A stretch of DNA of 51,224 bases, taken from positions 78,840,211 through 78,891,434 of the forward strand of contig NC_068984.1 in assembly GCF_001194135.2 (NCBI RefSeq), written 5' to 3'. The stretch is from Octopus bimaculoides (Eukaryota). The translations under genes and the position numbers were made by a program. The notes beneath the pieces were generated by a model that was given only the letters and a program-made list of their open reading frames with translations, was not told the origin of the DNA and made no database searches. Shown here one piece after another: positions 47,408 to 51,224 of this stretch. Numbering within the stretch: position 1 is the stretch's first letter; the number at the start of each line of letters is the position of its first letter.

Positions 47408-47540
47408 GGGTGCAAGGATGGCTCTGTAGCAAAGAAGTTTTAGTTTCGTTTCCAGAGCACGGAGGCTTGGGCAAGTGTCTTTTACTATAGCCCTGTGAGT
47501 GAATTTTGGAGGCGAAAACTGTGTGGAGGCCTGTCGTGTA
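47408..47540 (+). mobile_element. Degraded, deleted SINE family A 5' half
   Basis: CTTGGGCAAGTGTCTTTTACTATAGCC core and GTGAGTGAATTTTG. Confidence 0.7.
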
Positions 47541-47855
47541 CACACAAACACACACATATTTGTGTGTGTATATATNNNNNNNNNNNNNNNNNNNNNNNNN
47601 NNNNNNNNNNNNNNNNNNNNNNNNNNNNNNNNNNNNNNNNNNNNNNNNNNNNNNNNNNNNNNNNNNNNNNNNNNNNNNNNNNNNNNNNNNNNNNNNNNNN
47701 NNNNNNNNNNNNNNNNNNNNNNNNNNNNNNNNNNNNNNNNNNNNNNNNNNNNNNNNNNNNNNNNNNNNNNNNNNNNNNNNNNNNNNNNNNNNNNNNNNNN
47801 NNNNNNNNNNNNNNNNNNNNNNNNNNNNNNNNNNNNNNNNNNNNNNNNNNNNNNN

Positions 47856-47887
<32 letters not shown>

Positions 47888-48122
47888 AGTGTAATATAAT
47901 ACATCATAAGTGAATATTAGTATTGTTTCCAAAGGATAATATCGAAGCTTAACTGCCATAGTATTATTGTATACGTTATGTGCTATACCATGATTGAGTG
48001 AGAAAAGGGGGAAGAAATAATAAATACTGAAGATATGTAGAGGAACAAATGTAGCAATGTTAAACAGATGTTATGTTGATAGCCCAATTTCACATTTGAA
48101 TGTATAACATAAAATATTAGAT

Positions 48123-48550
48123 ATCTTTTGTGTTTTACATGTTTCAGTCATTAGACTGCAGCCAAGCCAGATCACCGCCTTGAAGAATTTTAGTCGAATG
48201 AATTGACCCTAATGCATTGTTTTTATCTTAAGCCTGGTACTTATTCTAGCGGTCACTTTACCTAACCGCTAAGTTACGAGGACGTAAACACACAAACACT
48301 GGGTGTCAAGCGGTGGCGAGGGGACAATCACAGGCAGACAGACAGACACACACACATACATACATACATACATACATACATCTATACGGCAAGCTCCTTT
48401 CAGTTTCTGTCTACGAAATCTACTCACAAGGCTTTGGTCGGCCCGAAGCTGTAGTAGAAAACACTTGCCCAAGGTACCACGAAGTGGGTCTGAACCTGGA
48501 ACCATGTGGTTGGGAAGCAAGCTCCTTATCACACAGCCATGCCTGCACCT
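48123..48550 (-). mobile_element. SINE family A, full length, central (CATA)/(CAGA)
   Basis: Reverse complement aligns end to end with 15377-15795. Confidence 0.9.
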
Positions 48551-50567
48551 ATATGAATATTTTTCAGGTCACAAGTTAAAGATTAATTGTTTTAGGTATG
48601 TTTAATACGATAAATTATAAACTTTTGTGCATTTATCGTGTTTTTATTAAAGATATGAAAATCTGGGAAAATATTGAAAGGAAGAGGAGTAAAGAAAATT
48701 ATAGTCTGTTAAAAATGAAATTATTTCTCTATGTTGTGTCAAGTTGGTTCAAAGATTGTAACAGTATTAGAAATACTATTAGGTACAATCTAATTCTATT
48801 CTGGTAAAACCTATGGCTTTGCACGTAGGTTTGTATATCTAAGTGCATATTAGTTTTATAATGCAATTAGAGATAGATTTTAATCCGAGTGTCGCGGGAA
48901 CGGAAATAGATCGGGTTATGCTATGACTTAATGTTTCTACATTAAGTGTAGAGGGTACAAAGCTTTCTACTATTGTAGAGATTAGTCTGAAAATTGCTAT
49001 TATAGCAATTGGGTTAACTTAAATTTATTAGTGCCAGTGACATTTTTTGCGTAATGGTTAATAATAAATGCGAAGCGGAAATTGTATCAGTACAAAAATA
49101 AGTTAAAAGATACTCAAATTGATAAATTGTCATTTTGTTAGAATAATACACTAAGAGCGAAAATAAAGACAGCTTTACAAGTTAAAAAGGTGTTATATGA
49201 TACATCTTATGTAAAGCTTTGATTTTTAAAGGATTCTGAAATTAAATGTGCATAGAAAAAGGGGTGTTGAGTTGTCATTTGTAGATGTTAAATGTTTGCT
49301 TACTTCATTTAATGCTTAGCTGTCGACGAGAGGTGGGACGTTTCAAATATCAAGACGTCCATATATGTTGTGTTGAGAAGATGAGATATGTTCTGAGTAG
49401 TAACAGATAATAAGTGTAACAGCGAAGTGAAATTCTAATTTTTTTCTTCTAATATTACAATCATAGTTCTATCTATGGCAGCTTTCAAAATTAAATACAG
49501 TACGCAGAAAACAACAGCATGAACCGCCATGTGAAAATTTTTTATTCGCTGTTCAAACTACTTCTCAGCACACATAGACTAAATGTAATTTCATTATTTC
49601 TACTCCCTCCCTCTTCACTTATTTTGCATCACTTTCTTATCACAATAAACCCAGAACAATTTATAATTTTCCCAGTTAGACAAGCACGAGAAATTAATTT
49701 ATTTATAAATACATAAACTAATATAAACTGTTTATAAATATATGAATTATATATAAGCTAACTTAATTTATAACCTTAAAAGCATGCTAATATATATCTT
49801 ACAGTAATCATCTAAAGTTAATCTAATAATTAGAATAAAATCTATCTACAATTCCCCTTTCCTTATACAACTGTTCCTTCAGTTTTTCGCTTTAAGATTA
49901 ATCTAACTCTTTCTCTTCTTATCACTTCTTTGACTTCCGTTCCATTTGACCCAAACTACAAAACTGCACTATTTTATGATCAAACAAGTCTTATATCTAC
50001 AAACTTTAACAACACACAGAGAAAATATTCTGTTCGATTTGCCTAAAATATTTGTCAAACTACCTTAAAATTACCTATAGTAAATTAATTTTCTTCTGGC
50101 CCTATTTAATACCTCCATTCAATCTGTCAATACTTACTTCTCCAATATATTCGTGTTCCTAAGCACACATACAATTAGTTTCATCAACTTGAAAATTGAC
50201 AGGAACATATTATTTGCTTTACATATATGTTATTTCTTTCCTTTTCCATTCACACTACAGAAACCGTTCCCCTCCCCTTTAGTCTTCCATTCTCTTGAGT
50301 TTTCTCTGTATGTTCCTCCGTGGTAAGGAATCTCACTGGAAACGTAGCTATGGCATCCAAAAGGGTGCCAAGATAATGTTGACACACTACTATGAGATTT
50401 TCGAAGAAGGAGGCAAGAAGTTTGGTAAGAGGTTCATGCTGCTGTTCCTTACAAAGCTAGAAAAAGAGCCTCAGAGCCTGACAACCCTTCAACCAAGAAC
50501 CTTTTATTAATGTCGCCGCATTGTGCCATTGTCAGGCAAAATGTCTGCTGAGAAGCCAGACATTCGC

Positions 50568-51061
50568 AGTTGGGCACCGTCTGTGAGAAGAACAATACCA
50601 TGGCGCAATTCATTCTGCCAGAAATTTGGAAAAGACATGTTGTACTGCTTGGCATTCGCGCCGGAAGCTCCAATACGAACATTTCAGAGTGTTTGGATGT
50701 CAATATGGGGACAGTGCAGAGGAAAGAGTTGGATGAGTCTAATGGTGATTACAAAGGTACGGTAGCACGGAAAACCCACACTAATCGTTCTGGTAAGAAA
50801 AGAACTCCTGAATTTGTTGGGAGATACAGGCCATGATTGACAACGATCCTTCCAAGTCAGTCAGGTCCATTGCCAGGGACATGGGAGTGTTTTAGTTTCT
50901 TATCAGGCAGGTAGTGAATGAAGACATTCGGTATTCCTCATACAAGATGAGAAAGGGCCAATTTTTATCCCAAGCCATCAAGGACAAGAGGAAAGATTGC
51001 GCTACGAAGTTTTTGAACAAACTCAAGCATCTCCTTCAACCGAACATGCTTTGGTTTTTCT
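50568..51061 (+). mobile_element. maT/DD37D transposase N-terminal fragment (HTH region), decayed
   Basis: ATG at 50600: MAQFILPEIWKRHVVLLGIRAGSSNTNISECL..RKELDESNGDY..RTPEFV, then a frameshift to EIQAMIDNDPSKSVRSIARDMGV*FLIRQVVNEDIRYSSYKMRKGQFLS..LLQPNMLWFFS. Confidence 0.88.
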
Positions 51062-51224
51062 CCCCTTTAGATGATGTGAGTTCATAGCACACATGATTCA
51101 CTGGTGCAAGAAGAATTTGAGAAGCTGCAATGTTTTGGCCTCATCATGTGTCTCGTTAGTGAAGTTTACCTCGCCGGACTGATGAATCTGAGAAAAGTAG
51201 AAATTCTTGTTTACATACACACAC

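Noticed and set aside
50138-50158. 21-nt minus-strand micro-exon (EHEYIGE) with AG/GTAAGT borders
   Set aside because: Very short, and lies in DNA (about 49850-50200) that looks like a decayed L1/Tx1-type remnant; likely chance.
51062-51190. Continuation of the maT transposase catalytic domain
   Set aside because: Homology stops at WFFS; downstream WCKKNL and SPD words are too weak to assign.

Overview
Repeat-dominated, AT-rich animal genomic DNA with about 20 assembly gaps, nearly all inside microsatellites. The SINE families, piggyBac-type MITE and maT/mariner relics resemble repeats I recall from Octopus (cephalopod); this taxon call is from memory, not a search. No intact protein-coding gene, rRNA, tRNA gene or CRISPR array is supportable, and almost all ORFs in the track are microsatellite or gap artefacts. 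The window contains a decayed 5'-truncated CR1 LINE (813-3271) and four 3' pieces of an R4/Dong-type LINE that always abut (CATA)n. It also has Penelope-like fragments with degenerate hammerhead cores, two mariner and four maT (DD37D) transposon relics, several MITEs, a probable solo 5' LTR with PBS, and about 20 tRNA-derived SINE copies from four families. The most striking structure is a young 624-bp foldback element (5224-5847) with perfect 37-bp TIRs, an 8-bp TSD and a palindromic core of telomeric repeats. Two weak candidate exons (9453-9528 +, 35407-35483 -) hint that the window could be intronic. I found no evidence for a new multi-gene system; the notable signals are mobile-element architectures and RNA hairpins.
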